Shown here in pieces: positions 49,361-59,101 of a stretch of 64,000 nt of DNA. The notes under the pieces are model-generated. The model was not told the DNA's origin and ran no database searches. It saw only the letters and a program-made list of their open reading frames with translations. The translations under genes were made by a program, and so were the position numbers. The DNA is taken from contig CALSRS010000001.1 in NCBI GenBank assembly GCA_943788815.1, forward strand, positions 900,069-964,068, given 5' to 3'. Within the stretch, counting starts at the first letter, position 1, and each line of letters starts with the position of its first letter. This DNA comes from an uncultured Gammaproteobacteria bacterium (GTDB lineage Bacteria; Pseudomonadota; Gammaproteobacteria; Eutrophobiales; Eutrophobiaceae).

Positions 49361-49618
49361 TAACCTGAACTAATCCTGAGTATCAGCAAGCCATATAATT
49401 CGCAATTGGCGATATACCTGAGCCGAGGCTTTGTAAAACAGTTGAAATTCACGTTAACGCTGATATTCACTCAAATGTCCTTAGGTGTTTTTATCTGACT
49501 GGTTTAATGTCCAGTCATCCTTATGAATAATTATTAAAAGTTTTATTTACTATTTTTATAACAAGTTATTTGTTTTATTGAACTGGCCCACATCCATTAC
49601 GTTTTTTTATGAACAATA

Positions 49619-50959
49619 TTACCTCTCCAACATCTGGTTGATCTGTTGCAGATCATCTGGAGTCAGAATACCAACCAGCGCCTTGAGCCTGAGCCCATTC
49701 AACAAATAATCATATTTTGCTCCTGCCAGGTCTCGTTTAACGGCATATAGATCACGTTCCGCATCGAGCACACTAATGGCTGTCTGTAACCGTGCTTCAT
49801 AGGCTGCACGCCTTAGATCCAGTGTTGCCTGCTGTGCGGAAAGTGCCTGTTTCAATGCATCTATTCTCTTTACCGCTGTCTCAACACTCCAGTAAGCATC
49901 TCGGGACTGACGCCGTGACTCGCGCATGATTCGAGTCAGTTCTTGCAAGGCACTACTATGGCGGGCAATCGCTTCGCGTTTTTTTGAACTAACCGCACCG
50001 CCAGAGTACAAGGGCATTGAAAATCTCAGCAAAATCTCCTGGGTCCCAACTTCGCTACCGCCGCCAAACAGCGTTCCTTTGGTATCCTGATTGTTATAAC
50101 GTGCAACTGCATCCAGTGTCGGATAATGCCCGGCTTTCTGGCGGGTAATTTCCGTACTCGCAACCTCAACCGCATGCTGCTGGGCCACCAGTGCCGGGTT
50201 TTGTTTCATGGCAGCATCCACCCAATGCTGCTCATCTGCGGGTTCAGGACTCCGCAGGGTGATCTCTTCCTGCAAGGCATTTAAAGAGTCTGCGTCTCTC
50301 CCCACGATTTCATAAAGTGCCTCTTGAGCGTCTCTCAACAAAACCTGCGCAGCAGCATAATCCGCTTCGACAGATGCCATTCTTGCCAGGGCATCATAGG
50401 TATCAACTGAGCGACCCACCGCAGCCTGTTCCCTGCCCCTTGCCAATTCCAGTTGTTTTCCTACTGCGATGCGTTCTGCATCCAGAAAACTGATTTCATC
50501 CTCAGCTGCGAGGGCAGAAAGATAGGCCTCGGATACCCGTAGTATTAAGTCCTGCTGTGCCTGTATCAGTTTCGCATCTGCCAATTTCAATTCTTCTTTT
50601 GCCTGACCAATACGCTTATAATTGGCATACCTGAAAATTGGCTGACTGACCGACAGTGTCCACGTGGTGGTAGGAAAGCTGGTCTTACCCTGTTCAAACA
50701 CAGCATTATCACTGCGCTTGATTTTCTGGGTGGTTTCGATCCTATCCACCTCGAAAGTAGCCGTTGGTCGATAGCCAGCCCAGGCCTGGGGTATGACTTC
50801 CTGGGTTGCGGTATGATCAAAGATTGCTGTGTTTAATTTGGGATCAGCCTGAAGTGCCTCCTGGTATAACCCAAGAAGATCATCAGCATTAGCTGAAGAT
50901 AATAAAAGAATAAATAAAAGAACAATCCTGTAAGCAGGAGCAATTAAAAACCGTTCCAT
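49619..50959 (-). CDS. tolC: TolC-family outer-membrane channel protein (type I secretion outer-membrane component).
   Basis: 446 aa with an N-terminal signal peptide (LLFILLLSSANA) and the motif DDLLGLYQEALQADPKLNTA typical of TolC N-termini. Two internal repeat halves have a coiled-coil/beta pattern. The gene lies 258 bp upstream of the giant gene on the same strand. Confidence 0.85.
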   Translation of the reverse strand: MERFLIAPAYRIVLLFILLLSSANADDLLGLYQEALQADPKLNTAIFDHTATQEVIPQAWAGYRPTATFEVDRIETTQKIKRSDNAVFEQGKTSFPTTTWTLSVSQPIFRYANYKRIGQAKEELKLADAKLIQAQQDLILRVSEAYLSALAAEDEISFLDAERIAVGKQLELARGREQAAVGRSVDTYDALARMASVEADYAAAQVLLRDAQEALYEIVGRDADSLNALQEEITLRSPEPADEQHWVDAAMKQNPALVAQQHAVEVASTEITRQKAGHYPTLDAVARYNNQDTKGTLFGGGSEVGTQEILLRFSMPLYSGGAVSSKKREAIARHSSALQELTRIMRESRRQSRDAYWSVETAVKRIDALKQALSAQQATLDLRRAAYEARLQTAISVLDAERDLYAVKRDLAGAKYDYLLNGLRLKALVGILTPDDLQQINQMLER

Positions 50960-51264
50960 ATACCACTCCTATTTTTGAAATTATTTATTTTTGAACCTGA
51001 CCAGAAAAGAAGCCGATTTTTTCAAAAAAACTTACTAAAAGAATACCACAAAAAACATAAATACAGCATTAAAACAAATAAGAAGATGACCCGTAAGGCT
51101 AGAGCGTTTTTGCAACTTTTTTTTTGCATTATGCGACGCAATTTGCAACAACCAGTGTGCGCAATCGAATAGCGTATGTATCCCGTCAAAGCATATGAGA
51201 CAGAATTGAGCTGATTTCTAAGAGAGACTTCTGATAAGTTAAACTTATAAATAGGAGTCTCATT

Positions 51265-51624
51265 ATGAGCAATAATAGCGAGAAATTAGTTAAAGATATA
51301 CGTCGTCGTACCCGTAAGAAGTATTCCTCTGAAGAAAAGATCCGAATTGTACTGGAAGGGATGCGTGGAGAAGAAAGCATTGCCGAGCTGTGTCGCCGTG
51401 AAGGATTGAATCAAAACGTGTATTACCGCTGGAGTAAGGAGTTCCTGGAAGCGGGTAAACAGCGTCTGGCGGGCGATATAAAACGGGAAGCAAACTCCAC
51501 TGAAGTGACCGACCTGAAGAAAGAAAATGACCAGCTCAAACGCCTGGTGGCTGACATCATGCTGAAGAACGAGGTACTTAAAAAAAGTGTGCTTGGCTTG
51601 GAGTCGACCTGGGAAGACGAATGA
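51265..51624 (+). CDS. IS3-family transposase OrfA (HTH, leucine-zipper-like C-terminus).
   Basis: 119 aa. The protein …EEKIRIVLEGMRGEESIAELCRREGLNQNVYYRWSKEFLEAGKQRL… is characteristic of IS3/IS911 OrfA. Confidence 0.85.
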   Translation: MSNNSEKLVKDIRRRTRKKYSSEEKIRIVLEGMRGEESIAELCRREGLNQNVYYRWSKEFLEAGKQRLAGDIKREANSTEVTDLKKENDQLKRLVADIMLKNEVLKKSVLGLESTWEDE

Positions 51625-52607
51625 GTCTTTCAGCAGCTGAAAAGCTGGAAGTGATCCGCTTGGTAGAGGCGTCGGAATTACCCGTGAAACGCACTCTGGC
51701 CGAGTTAGGTGTGAGCCGCAGCAGTTTCTATCGTTGGTATCGGCAATACCTGGATGATGGTCCAGAGGGCCTGGAGCCAGATAATCGGTCCCCGAGACAG
51801 TTCTGGAATAAGATACCTGAGATGGTGAAGGAGCAGTGTCTGGAGCTCGCGTTACAGTACCCTGACAAATCGCCTCGGGAACTTGCCTGGACCATCACCG
51901 ATGAGCACAACTACTTCATCTCGGAATCCAGCGTTTATCGACTGTTAAAGCAGTACGATCTCATTACCAGTCCTGCTTATATCCTGATGCAAGCGGGTGA
52001 TTCGTTTCAGAATCCAACACGACGAGTCAACGAGCTTTGGCAGACTGACTTCACCTACTTTCGTATTGTTGGTTGGGGGTGGTATTACCTGTCCACTGTT
52101 CTAGATGATTACTCCCGCTACATCATTGCCTGGAAGTTAACAACCAGCATGGCAGCTGATGACGTGAAGCAGACGCTGGATGCGGCGATTGAGACCACGG
52201 GAGTCAACGAGATAACGGTCAAACACCGACCTCGCTTACTGAGTGATAACGGGCCTTGTTATATCTCCTCGGAATTGAAGGATTATCTGAGTAAATATCA
52301 GATGCAACACACCCGTGGCGCACCGTACCATCCCATGACACAAGGCAAGATAGAGCGATATCACCGCTCCATGAAGAACGTCGTGAAGCTGGAGCACTAT
52401 TATTATCCGTGGGAACTCGAACATGCTATCCGGCAATTTGTACAATACTACAATCATGAACGTTACCATGAGTCACTTGATAATATTACGCCGGCAGATA
52501 TGTATTTTGGCCGCTATCATGAAATTATGGATAGAAGAACCATTATCAAATACGAAACATTACAACAGAGGAGAAAGGAAAATTTAAGAATATATATAAA
52601 TCAGTGA
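51621..52607 (+). CDS. IS3-family transposase OrfB (integrase/rve DDE catalytic domain).
   Basis: 328 aa. The protein …WQTDFTYFRIVGWGWYYLSTVLDDYSRYIIAW…LLSDNGPCYISSELKDYL…HTRGAPYHPMTQGKIERYHRSMK… shows the D, D(35)E motifs of the rve domain. It is in the -1 frame relative to orfA (gacgaATGAgtc). Confidence 0.85.
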   Translation: MSLSAAEKLEVIRLVEASELPVKRTLAELGVSRSSFYRWYRQYLDDGPEGLEPDNRSPRQFWNKIPEMVKEQCLELALQYPDKSPRELAWTITDEHNYFISESSVYRLLKQYDLITSPAYILMQAGDSFQNPTRRVNELWQTDFTYFRIVGWGWYYLSTVLDDYSRYIIAWKLTTSMAADDVKQTLDAAIETTGVNEITVKHRPRLLSDNGPCYISSELKDYLSKYQMQHTRGAPYHPMTQGKIERYHRSMKNVVKLEHYYYPWELEHAIRQFVQYYNHERYHESLDNITPADMYFGRYHEIMDRRTIIKYETLQQRRKENLRIYINQ

Positions 52608-52895
52608 AACAAGACTATAATAGTTAAAAGTCTCTCTTAATATTTACGCTATTTTGTCCCAAATCTTTTGACGACTTACACTTTGACGGGATACACTTAT
52701 AAGGTTTATAGAAAGTTATTTATTGAAGGACCTTATTTGGAATTGACGGAGAGAGAGGGACTGACCCGCCCCTTGGCCCAGGCCAGCATCTCGACTGTTT
52801 CGGTCTCACCTTCTCCATGGCCTTCGCGGCACTTGCACTTCCAAATGCATTGAGATTCGTAACCCTCTTTCTCGGGTTCGAATAACTTTTTTCTT

Positions 52896-52938
52896 CCAGA
52901 TATAACAAAGGGGCTGAAAGCCCCTTTGTTATATCTGG
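52896..52938. other. Perfect 18-bp-stem hairpin overlapping the tRNA-Ser CCA end.
   Basis: ccagatataacaaagggg ctgaaag cccctttgttatatctgg. There is no U-tract after it on the minus strand (AAGAAAAAAG follows), so it is not a canonical intrinsic terminator. Confidence 0.6.
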
Positions 52939-53026
52939 CGGAGAGAGAGGGATTCGAACCCTCGATGGGCTTTTGACCCATACTCCCTTAGCAGGGGAGC
53001 GCCTTCAGCCACTCGGCCATCTCTCC
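52936..53026 (-). tRNA. tRNA-Ser (anticodon GCU), 91 nt including the encoded CCA.
   Basis: Reverse complement: GGAGAGATGGCCGAGTGGCTGAAGGCGCTCCCCTGCTAAGGGAGTATGGGTCAAAAGCCCATCGAGGGTTCGAATCCCTCTCTCTCCGCCA. It has a 7-bp acceptor stem, a D-arm, an anticodon stem CTCCC/GGGAG with loop CUGCUAA, a long variable arm, a T-arm GGTTCGAATCC and a terminal GCCA. Its position downstream of csrA matches the serV context in enterobacteria and pseudomonads. Confidence 0.9.
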
Positions 53027-53170
53027 AAATTCTTTTATAAAATATTTATTTAAAAATATCTCTTCTATTTGTGCGCTCCTTCGCGCCCTATTCCGTACAT
53101 CCATGTATTCCACCCCTTCGAGGCCGTTGTCGCTATGCTCCAACGTTCAAATCTGCTCCAGGCAGATTTG

Positions 53171-53202
53171 TCAGCCACTCGGCCATCTCTCCAAATTCTT
53201 TT
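53171..53202 (-). other. 32-bp direct duplicate of the tRNA-Ser 5' end (22 nt) plus 10 nt of its 5' leader. It is a tRNA gene fragment.
   Basis: tcagccactcggccatctctccaaattctttt occurs at 53005-53036 (inside and upstream of the intact tRNA) and again at 53171-53202. The flanking sequences differ, and the second copy does not continue into a complete tRNA. Confidence 0.7.
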
Positions 53203-53282
53203 TTATTTAATACGATACAAAAATTATATCAGCATACATCTCGAACAGATTTATAAATCACCTATAATCTAAATTGCTTGTT

Positions 53283-53480
53283 CTAATCTGCTTCGGGATT
53301 ATTTCCTTCATCGTCATTTTCGTGCTGAATTTTATCGTAGATCTCTTCGCGATGAACTGCGACATCTTTAGGTGCATTGACCCCAATACGAACCTGATTC
53401 CCTCTGATACCTAACACTGTGACATTGACATTGTCACCGATCATCAATGATTCACCTATCCTGCGTGTCAATATTAACAT
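53283..53480 (-). CDS. csrA: Carbon storage regulator CsrA (RsmA), an RNA-binding global regulator.
   Basis: 65 aa. [48 protein letters not shown] is near-identical to the canonical CsrA core and is followed by an acidic tail. Confidence 0.93.
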   Translation of the reverse strand: MLILTRRIGESLMIGDNVNVTVLGIRGNQVRIGVNAPKDVAVHREEIYDKIQHENDDEGNNPEAD

Positions 53481-53654
53481 GGCTGTTAACTCCTTATTTT
53501 CCCTGGTATATCCGATTGTAACTCAATGTAAGTTCTATAATAACTATTTCATATTATAGACGCTGAATTATTTAAGCTCAGACACAGAATCTATCAGGTA
53601 ATTCCTTGAAATATCTTAACCCATATAAACCGTCAGAATATTACTTTGATTACG

Positions 53655-54887
53655 CTATTTTTCCAGAAAACCATCTTTTTCCAGACCAAATGCAGCGTGT
53701 AATGTACGCACTCCCAATTCCAGATACTTTTCATCAATGACGACAGATACCTTTATTTCCGAAGTTGAGATCACTTGTATATTAATCCCTTCATCAGCCA
53801 GGGCTTTAAACATATTGCTCGCTATTCCAGCATGGGACCGCATTCCTACGCCGACGATAGAAAGCTTTGCAATCTTGTTATCACCATTGACTTCTCGCGC
53901 GCCCGTTTCTATGGCAGTCTTATTTAAGATCGCTAATGCTTTTTCATAATCATTTCGGTGCACAGTAAATGTAAAGTCAGTTGTGCTATCTGCACCAACG
54001 TTTTGGACTATCATATCGACTTCAATATTTGCATCTGCAATTGGACCCAATATATTAAAAGCAATGCCTGGTTTATCCGGCACTCCAACAACAGTCAGTT
54101 TTGCTTCATCTCGATTATGAGCAATACCAGATATCAACGCTTGTTCCATTTCTTCATCCTCACCGGTTATCAATGTGCCTTCGCCTTTGGTAAAACTTGA
54201 TAACACTCTTAATGGCACATTATATTTATTCGCAAATTCAACGGAGCGAATTTGTAATACTTTTGATCCAAGACTCGCCATCTCCAGCATTTCTTCATAA
54301 CTAATGCGTGACATACGACGGGCATCCGCAACGATTCTGGGATCGGCCGTGTATACACCATCGACATCAGTATATATTCTGCATTCGTCTGCTTTCATTG
54401 CAGCCGCAATGGCAACAGCAGTAGTGTCGGTTCCACCTCGACCTAAGGTCGTAATATTTCCTGCACTGTCTATGCCCTGAAAACCGGCGACAACCACTAT
54501 CTGTCCATCAGTTAACGCCTGGCGAATATTTTCAGTATCGATTTTTTCAATTCTTGCTTTGTTGTGGGCGCTGTCTGTATGGATACGGATTTGACTACCC
54601 GTAAAAGACCGGGCCACACAGCCCTTTGATTGTAATGCAATACAAAGCAATGCAACGGAAACCTGTTCGCCCGTAGACATCAATACATCAAGCTCTCTGG
54701 GATCTGGATTGCCTGAGATATCTTTGGCCAAGGATATCAATCGATCGGTTTCACCCGACATGGCTGACAGAACTACAATGACCTGGTCACCCTCGCTTTG
54801 GGTCTCCAGGACCTGCTCGGTAACTGCCATGATCCGCTCGATAGAACCTACGGATGTACCACCAAATTTTTCGACAATAAGGGCCAT
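53655..54887 (-). CDS. lysC: Aspartate kinase (monofunctional, with C-terminal ACT domains).
   Basis: 410 aa. MALIVEKFGGTSVGS…VVVLSAMSGETDRLI…GRGGTDTTAVAIAAAM…YTDVDGVYTADPRIV… has the typical aspartokinase motifs. The gene sits in the conserved alaS-lysC-csrA arrangement. Confidence 0.9.
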   Translation of the reverse strand: MALIVEKFGGTSVGSIERIMAVTEQVLETQSEGDQVIVVLSAMSGETDRLISLAKDISGNPDPRELDVLMSTGEQVSVALLCIALQSKGCVARSFTGSQIRIHTDSAHNKARIEKIDTENIRQALTDGQIVVVAGFQGIDSAGNITTLGRGGTDTTAVAIAAAMKADECRIYTDVDGVYTADPRIVADARRMSRISYEEMLEMASLGSKVLQIRSVEFANKYNVPLRVLSSFTKGEGTLITGEDEEMEQALISGIAHNRDEAKLTVVGVPDKPGIAFNILGPIADANIEVDMIVQNVGADSTTDFTFTVHRNDYEKALAILNKTAIETGAREVNGDNKIAKLSIVGVGMRSHAGIASNMFKALADEGINIQVISTSEIKVSVVIDEKYLELGVRTLHAAFGLEKDGFLEK

Positions 54888-54955
54888 GTTTATGTATTAA
54901 ACATTCAAAAAGGTCGCGAATTTTAACGAATTCTGAATGGATAACAAGTATTCAT

Positions 54956-57562
54956 TCAATTTAGCTGCTGTTTTATCCAGCCAGGGACGCCTTCCAGGGC
55001 CCCGGGTAAGCCAGCAGGGTCATTTCCACCTGCCTGGGCCATGTCTGGTCGGCCTCCACCATGACCACCAACTTGTTCTGCAACAAAGTTCACTAACTCA
55101 CCTGCCTTGATTTTGTTTGTCGTATCTTTGGTCACACCTGCAACCAGGGTGATTTTATTGCCGCTGACACTAGCCAGTACTATGGCTGCTGTACCCAGTT
55201 TATTTTTTAACTGGTCCAGGGTGTCACGTAATGATTTTTGGTCAATGTCATCTAAGGATTTTGCCAGTATCTTAATACCGTCAACAACGATGGCTTCAGA
55301 TGCCAGGTCACCTCCGGCCTTACTTGCCAGGGTCGACTTAAGACGGCTAATTTCTTTTTCTTGAGTTTTGACTTTATCTAACACCTGACCAAGTTTTGTT
55401 TCAATATTTGCCTGATCAGATTTTAGTAATCCTGCCAGCGTATGTATCTTTGCTTCATTCGCTCTGACATAGCTGATGGCTGCATTACCTGTTAACGCTT
55501 CGATACGTCTGACGCCGGCGGCAATCCCCGTTTCTGTAATAATTTTAAATAGTCCAATATCACCCGCTAGATTGACATGGGTACCACCACATAACTCAAC
55601 TGAAAATTCACCCCCCATTTTGAGGACCCGCACAGTGTCACCATACTTCTCTCCGAACAAGGACATGGCGCCGGTTTTTTTTGCCTCTTCAAGTGCCATA
55701 ATTTCGGTATTTGCTCTGGTGTTCTCCAGGATTTTTTCATTAACCAAATCTTCAATCTGCATTAATTCTTCTGTGGTCAAGCCATCAGGATGAGAGAAAT
55801 CAAATCGTAACCTGGCTGCTTCGACCAATGAGCCTTTCTGCTTAACATGGTTCCCGAGCACCTGCCTAAGGGCAGCGTGTAATAGATGGGTTGCAGAGTG
55901 ATTACGAATAATATTTCGTCTGAGTTCCGCATCTACTGCTGCACAAAGTTTTTGACCAACCTTGATTTCACCGCTTTGTAGATTGCCTGTATGGACATGC
56001 GCCCCACCAAATTTTTGAGTATCGCTTACACTAAAATTAGCGTCATCGGATAATAGTCGCCCTGTATCGCCTACCTGACCACCTGACTCTGCATAAAAAG
56101 GTGTCTCTTTAAGTATAATTCCTGCCTTATCCCCTTTGTTGATACTCTCTACGGAATTTCCATTGTGGAGTATCGCAATGACTTCAGATTCTGCCTCCAG
56201 GTTTTCATAACCGACAAAATCAGATGAGTATTCAATGTTGGTATCACCTGCTGACATATCCATGTCAAACTTGCTGGCCGCACGTGCACGGTTTCTTTGG
56301 GCGTCCATTTCTTTTTCAAACCCGGTCAAGTCCATTTCAAGATTGCGCTCTCTCGCAATATCAGAGGTTAAATCTACGGGAAAACCGTAGGTATCATAGA
56401 GTTTAAAAATCACCTCTCCAGGAATTAGCTTGTCCTTCAGTGAGGAAATGGCGTCCTCCAGATGCTTCAAACCCAGATCCAGGGTTTCAGCAAACCGTTG
56501 CTCTTCGGCTAACAAGGTTTTTTCGACGAAATCTTTTTGATCCAGCAGGACTGTGCCCATATCTCCCATGGCATCGGCGAGTGAGGAAACTAATTGATAG
56601 AAAAAGGGTTCAGAAAAACCCAGCTTACTACCATGTCTGATCGCTCTTCGAATTATTCTTCTTAAAACATAGCCTCGACCCTCATTTGAGGGAACGATGC
56701 CATCAGCAATGAGAAACGCACAAGAACGTATATGGTCAGCAATGACACGTTGGGACGTCAGATCTTCACTATTTTCAAAACCCTCCAGTGACTGGATAGA
56801 CGAGATTATTTTTTTAAAAATATCAATTTCATAATTGTTATGAACACCTTGAAGTATTGCTGAAATTCTTTCCAGACCCATACCGGTATCTACTGATGGC
56901 TTGGGGATTTCAGTTAAGGTGCCATCCTTAGCGCGGTCATACTGGGTAAAGACCAGATTCCAGATCTCAATATAACGATCACCATCTGCATCCGGACTAC
57001 CGGGTGGACCACCGGGTATCTCCTCACCATGATCATAGAAAATCTCACTGCAAGGACCACATGGACCTGTATCACCCATGGCCCAGAAATTATCTGCCTC
57101 ACCGCATCGGCTGAATCGATCTTTACTCACACCAATGGAGTTCAACCAGATATCCGCTGCGTCATCATCATCTTCATAAACGGTAATCCAGAGTTTTTCT
57201 TTGGGAATTTCAAGGAAGACTGTTAAGAATTCCCAGGCAAATTCGATAGCTTCACGTTTGAAATAATCACCAAAGCTAAAGTTACCTAGCATTTCAAAAA
57301 AAGTATGATGGCGTGCGGTATAACCGACATTATCCAGATCATTGTGCTTACCACCCGCACGTATACAACGCTGTGTTGTGGTTGCTCGCGTATATGAACG
57401 TACTTCCTTACCAAGAAATAATTCTTTAAATTGAACCATCCCCGCGTTGGTGAATAACAGGGTTGGATCATTAGCAGGAATTAACGGGCTGCCTGGGACT
57501 ATCTCGTGATCTTTGTCGCGAAAATATTTCAGGAAGGCTGCTCTAACTTCGTTACTGGTCAT
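54956..57562 (-). CDS. alaS: Alanine--tRNA ligase.
   Basis: 868 aa. [29 protein letters not shown]…[10 protein letters not shown]… The class II motifs and C-terminal editing/DHHA1 regions are recognizable. The start codon abuts the recX stop (TAAATG). Confidence 0.95.
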   Translation of the reverse strand: MTSNEVRAAFLKYFRDKDHEIVPGSPLIPANDPTLLFTNAGMVQFKELFLGKEVRSYTRATTTQRCIRAGGKHNDLDNVGYTARHHTFFEMLGNFSFGDYFKREAIEFAWEFLTVFLEIPKEKLWITVYEDDDDAADIWLNSIGVSKDRFSRCGEADNFWAMGDTGPCGPCSEIFYDHGEEIPGGPPGSPDADGDRYIEIWNLVFTQYDRAKDGTLTEIPKPSVDTGMGLERISAILQGVHNNYEIDIFKKIISSIQSLEGFENSEDLTSQRVIADHIRSCAFLIADGIVPSNEGRGYVLRRIIRRAIRHGSKLGFSEPFFYQLVSSLADAMGDMGTVLLDQKDFVEKTLLAEEQRFAETLDLGLKHLEDAISSLKDKLIPGEVIFKLYDTYGFPVDLTSDIARERNLEMDLTGFEKEMDAQRNRARAASKFDMDMSAGDTNIEYSSDFVGYENLEAESEVIAILHNGNSVESINKGDKAGIILKETPFYAESGGQVGDTGRLLSDDANFSVSDTQKFGGAHVHTGNLQSGEIKVGQKLCAAVDAELRRNIIRNHSATHLLHAALRQVLGNHVKQKGSLVEAARLRFDFSHPDGLTTEELMQIEDLVNEKILENTRANTEIMALEEAKKTGAMSLFGEKYGDTVRVLKMGGEFSVELCGGTHVNLAGDIGLFKIITETGIAAGVRRIEALTGNAAISYVRANEAKIHTLAGLLKSDQANIETKLGQVLDKVKTQEKEISRLKSTLASKAGGDLASEAIVVDGIKILAKSLDDIDQKSLRDTLDQLKNKLGTAAIVLASVSGNKITLVAGVTKDTTNKIKAGELVNFVAEQVGGHGGGRPDMAQAGGNDPAGLPGALEGVPGWIKQQLN

Positions 57563-57988
57563 TTAGTCTTCACCCTTATACAACTTTCTTATCTGCTCTG
57601 AGGTGAAGCCACGATATAGTAAAAAACGTGATTCCTTAGTCTGTCCTTTAAAATCCTTGGGTAGATTTTGTCCAAACTTTTTAACTCTCACAGAAGTTAA
57701 TGTCTCCATCCAGTTAATATCAAGCTCATCGATACAACTATTTGTCATTTCTTTATCAATACCCCGTTCACTCAACTCCATCCCTAGACGAACGGGGCCA
57801 CAACCCTTATGGATTCTGCTTCGTAGATAGGATTCAGTATACCGCTGGTCACTTTGCAGACCTTCTGCAGCCAATCGATCTAATACTTCATCGATACAAT
57901 CTGAATTAAAACTTCTGGCCCTGAGTTTTTGTCCTAATTCTTTACGGCTATGTTCGCGCCTGGCAAGAAGTCCTATGGCACATTCCAT
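57563..57988 (-). CDS. recX: Regulatory protein RecX (RecA inhibitor).
   Basis: 141 aa with an alpha-helical repeat protein pattern (…LLARREHSRKELGQKL…YLRSR…). It lies immediately downstream of recA, as in most bacteria. Confidence 0.85.
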   Translation of the reverse strand: MECAIGLLARREHSRKELGQKLRARSFNSDCIDEVLDRLAAEGLQSDQRYTESYLRSRIHKGCGPVRLGMELSERGIDKEMTNSCIDELDINWMETLTSVRVKKFGQNLPKDFKGQTKESRFLLYRGFTSEQIRKLYKGED

Positions 57989-58008
57989 GGCCTGCTTTTC
58001 ATCGCTAC

Positions 58009-59043
58009 TCAGGCTTCTGCTTCCTCTTCTTGCGACTCTACAACTTTATTCAGATCAGGCAGGACCTTCTCTCTTAATTTCGCTTCGATTTCCATCGTTA
58101 TCTGAGGATTCTCCTTGAGATAAGTTCTGACATTTTCCTTACCCTGACCTATTCTCTCGCCGTTGTAACTGTACCAGGCGCCTGATTTCTCGATAATCTC
58201 ATGCAAGGTACCAAGACTAATTATTTCACTCTCACGGGAGATACCTTCTCCGTAGAGAATATCAAACTCCACTTGCTTGAACGGCGGAGCGACCTTATTT
58301 TTCAATACCTTCACCCTGGTCTCGTTACCGACTATTTCATCACCTCGTTTAATTGCGCCGATGCGGCGTATATCCAGACGAACTGATGCGTAAAATTTCA
58401 GTGCATTACCACCGGTTGTGGTTTCTGGACTACCAAACATGACGCCGATCTTCATACGGATTTGATTGATAAAAATAACCAGGGTATTGGATCGTTTAAT
58501 ATTACCAGTCAACTTTCTTAACGCTTGTGACATTAAGCGGGCCTGTAATCCCATATGACTATCACCCATATCTCCTTCTATTTCAGCCTTGGGTGTTAAC
58601 GCTGCCACCGAATCTATAATTACCAGGTCAACTGCACTAGAGCGTACCAACATATCGGTAATTTCCAGGGCCTGTTCGCCGGTATCGGGTTGTGATATCA
58701 ATAGATCATTAATTTTCACACCCAGCTTTTCAGCATATTTTGGATCCATTGCATGTTCTGCATCGACAAATGCAGCGGTACCACCTGCCTTTTGGATCTC
58801 TGCGGCAGCATGTAATGCGAGGGTAGTTTTGCCTGAAGATTCAGGACCAAAAATCTCCACGACACGACCACGAGGGAAACCGCCTATACCCAGCGCGATA
58901 TCCAATCCTAAGGAACCTGTTGAGACTGCTTCGACGTCCTTAACAATACTGTCTTCGCTCATACGCATTATTGAGCCTTTACCAAACTGTTTTTCAATCT
59001 GGCTCAGGGCAATGTCTAATGCCTGTTTCTTTTTCTCATCCAT
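58009..59043 (-). CDS. recA: Recombinase RecA.
   Basis: 344 aa. …[21 protein letters not shown]…[48 protein letters not shown]… with Walker A and the L1/L2 loops conserved. Confidence 0.97.
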   Translation of the reverse strand: MDEKKKQALDIALSQIEKQFGKGSIMRMSEDSIVKDVEAVSTGSLGLDIALGIGGFPRGRVVEIFGPESSGKTTLALHAAAEIQKAGGTAAFVDAEHAMDPKYAEKLGVKINDLLISQPDTGEQALEITDMLVRSSAVDLVIIDSVAALTPKAEIEGDMGDSHMGLQARLMSQALRKLTGNIKRSNTLVIFINQIRMKIGVMFGSPETTTGGNALKFYASVRLDIRRIGAIKRGDEIVGNETRVKVLKNKVAPPFKQVEFDILYGEGISRESEIISLGTLHEIIEKSGAWYSYNGERIGQGKENVRTYLKENPQITMEIEAKLREKVLPDLNKVVESQEEEAEA

Positions 59044-59101
59044 TGATCAAATCTCCACGTTATTGGTTTACTGAACAATCAATTATCCCACAAAAATGAC
59101 G

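Larger units (their letters stand above)
51177..52695 (+). mobile_element. IS3-family insertion sequence (~1.52 kb) with orfA/orfB and imperfect terminal inverted repeats.
   Basis: The left end tgtatcccgtcaaag (51177-51191) is the exact reverse complement of the right end ctttgacgggataca (52681-52695). A second shared block, taagagagactt, lies ~45 bp inside both ends. It contains an HTH transposase orfA and a DDE (rve) orfB in the -1 frame, overlapping at ATGA. Confidence 0.8.

Noticed and set aside
3993-49154. Numerous 60-300-aa plus-strand ORFs (S/P/T/R-rich, e.g. 3993-4499, 18747-19466, 22703-23602, 38810-39607, 43203-44194)
   Set aside because: All lie antisense within the 46-kb giant CDS and are low-complexity mirror images of its D/G/T/N-rich coding strand. 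The continuous minus-strand ORF with coherent domain structure explains the region.
52896-52938. Rho-independent terminator call for the tRNA-adjacent hairpin
   Set aside because: No U-rich tract follows the stem on either strand. A T-tract precedes it on the plus strand and an A-tract follows it on the minus strand.
53090-53195. Second complete tRNA gene upstream of tRNA-Ser
   Set aside because: Only the first 22 nt (acceptor/D-arm) match. The following sequence forms a 9-bp palindrome but has no anticodon arm or T-arm (no GGTTCGAATCC), so it is a fragment, not a gene.
53069-53272. Short ORFs (61-67 aa) between csrA and tRNA-Ser, and the 62-82-aa ORFs overlapping the tRNA (52720-52981)
   Set aside because: They overlap the tRNA gene or its duplicated fragment and lack coding signatures. 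The region is better explained as tRNA plus att-like remnants.
54888-54955. Lysine riboswitch upstream of lysC
   Set aside because: The lysC-alaS spacer is only 68 bp, too short for an L-box element (~180 nt). lysC is probably co-transcribed or uses a simple promoter.
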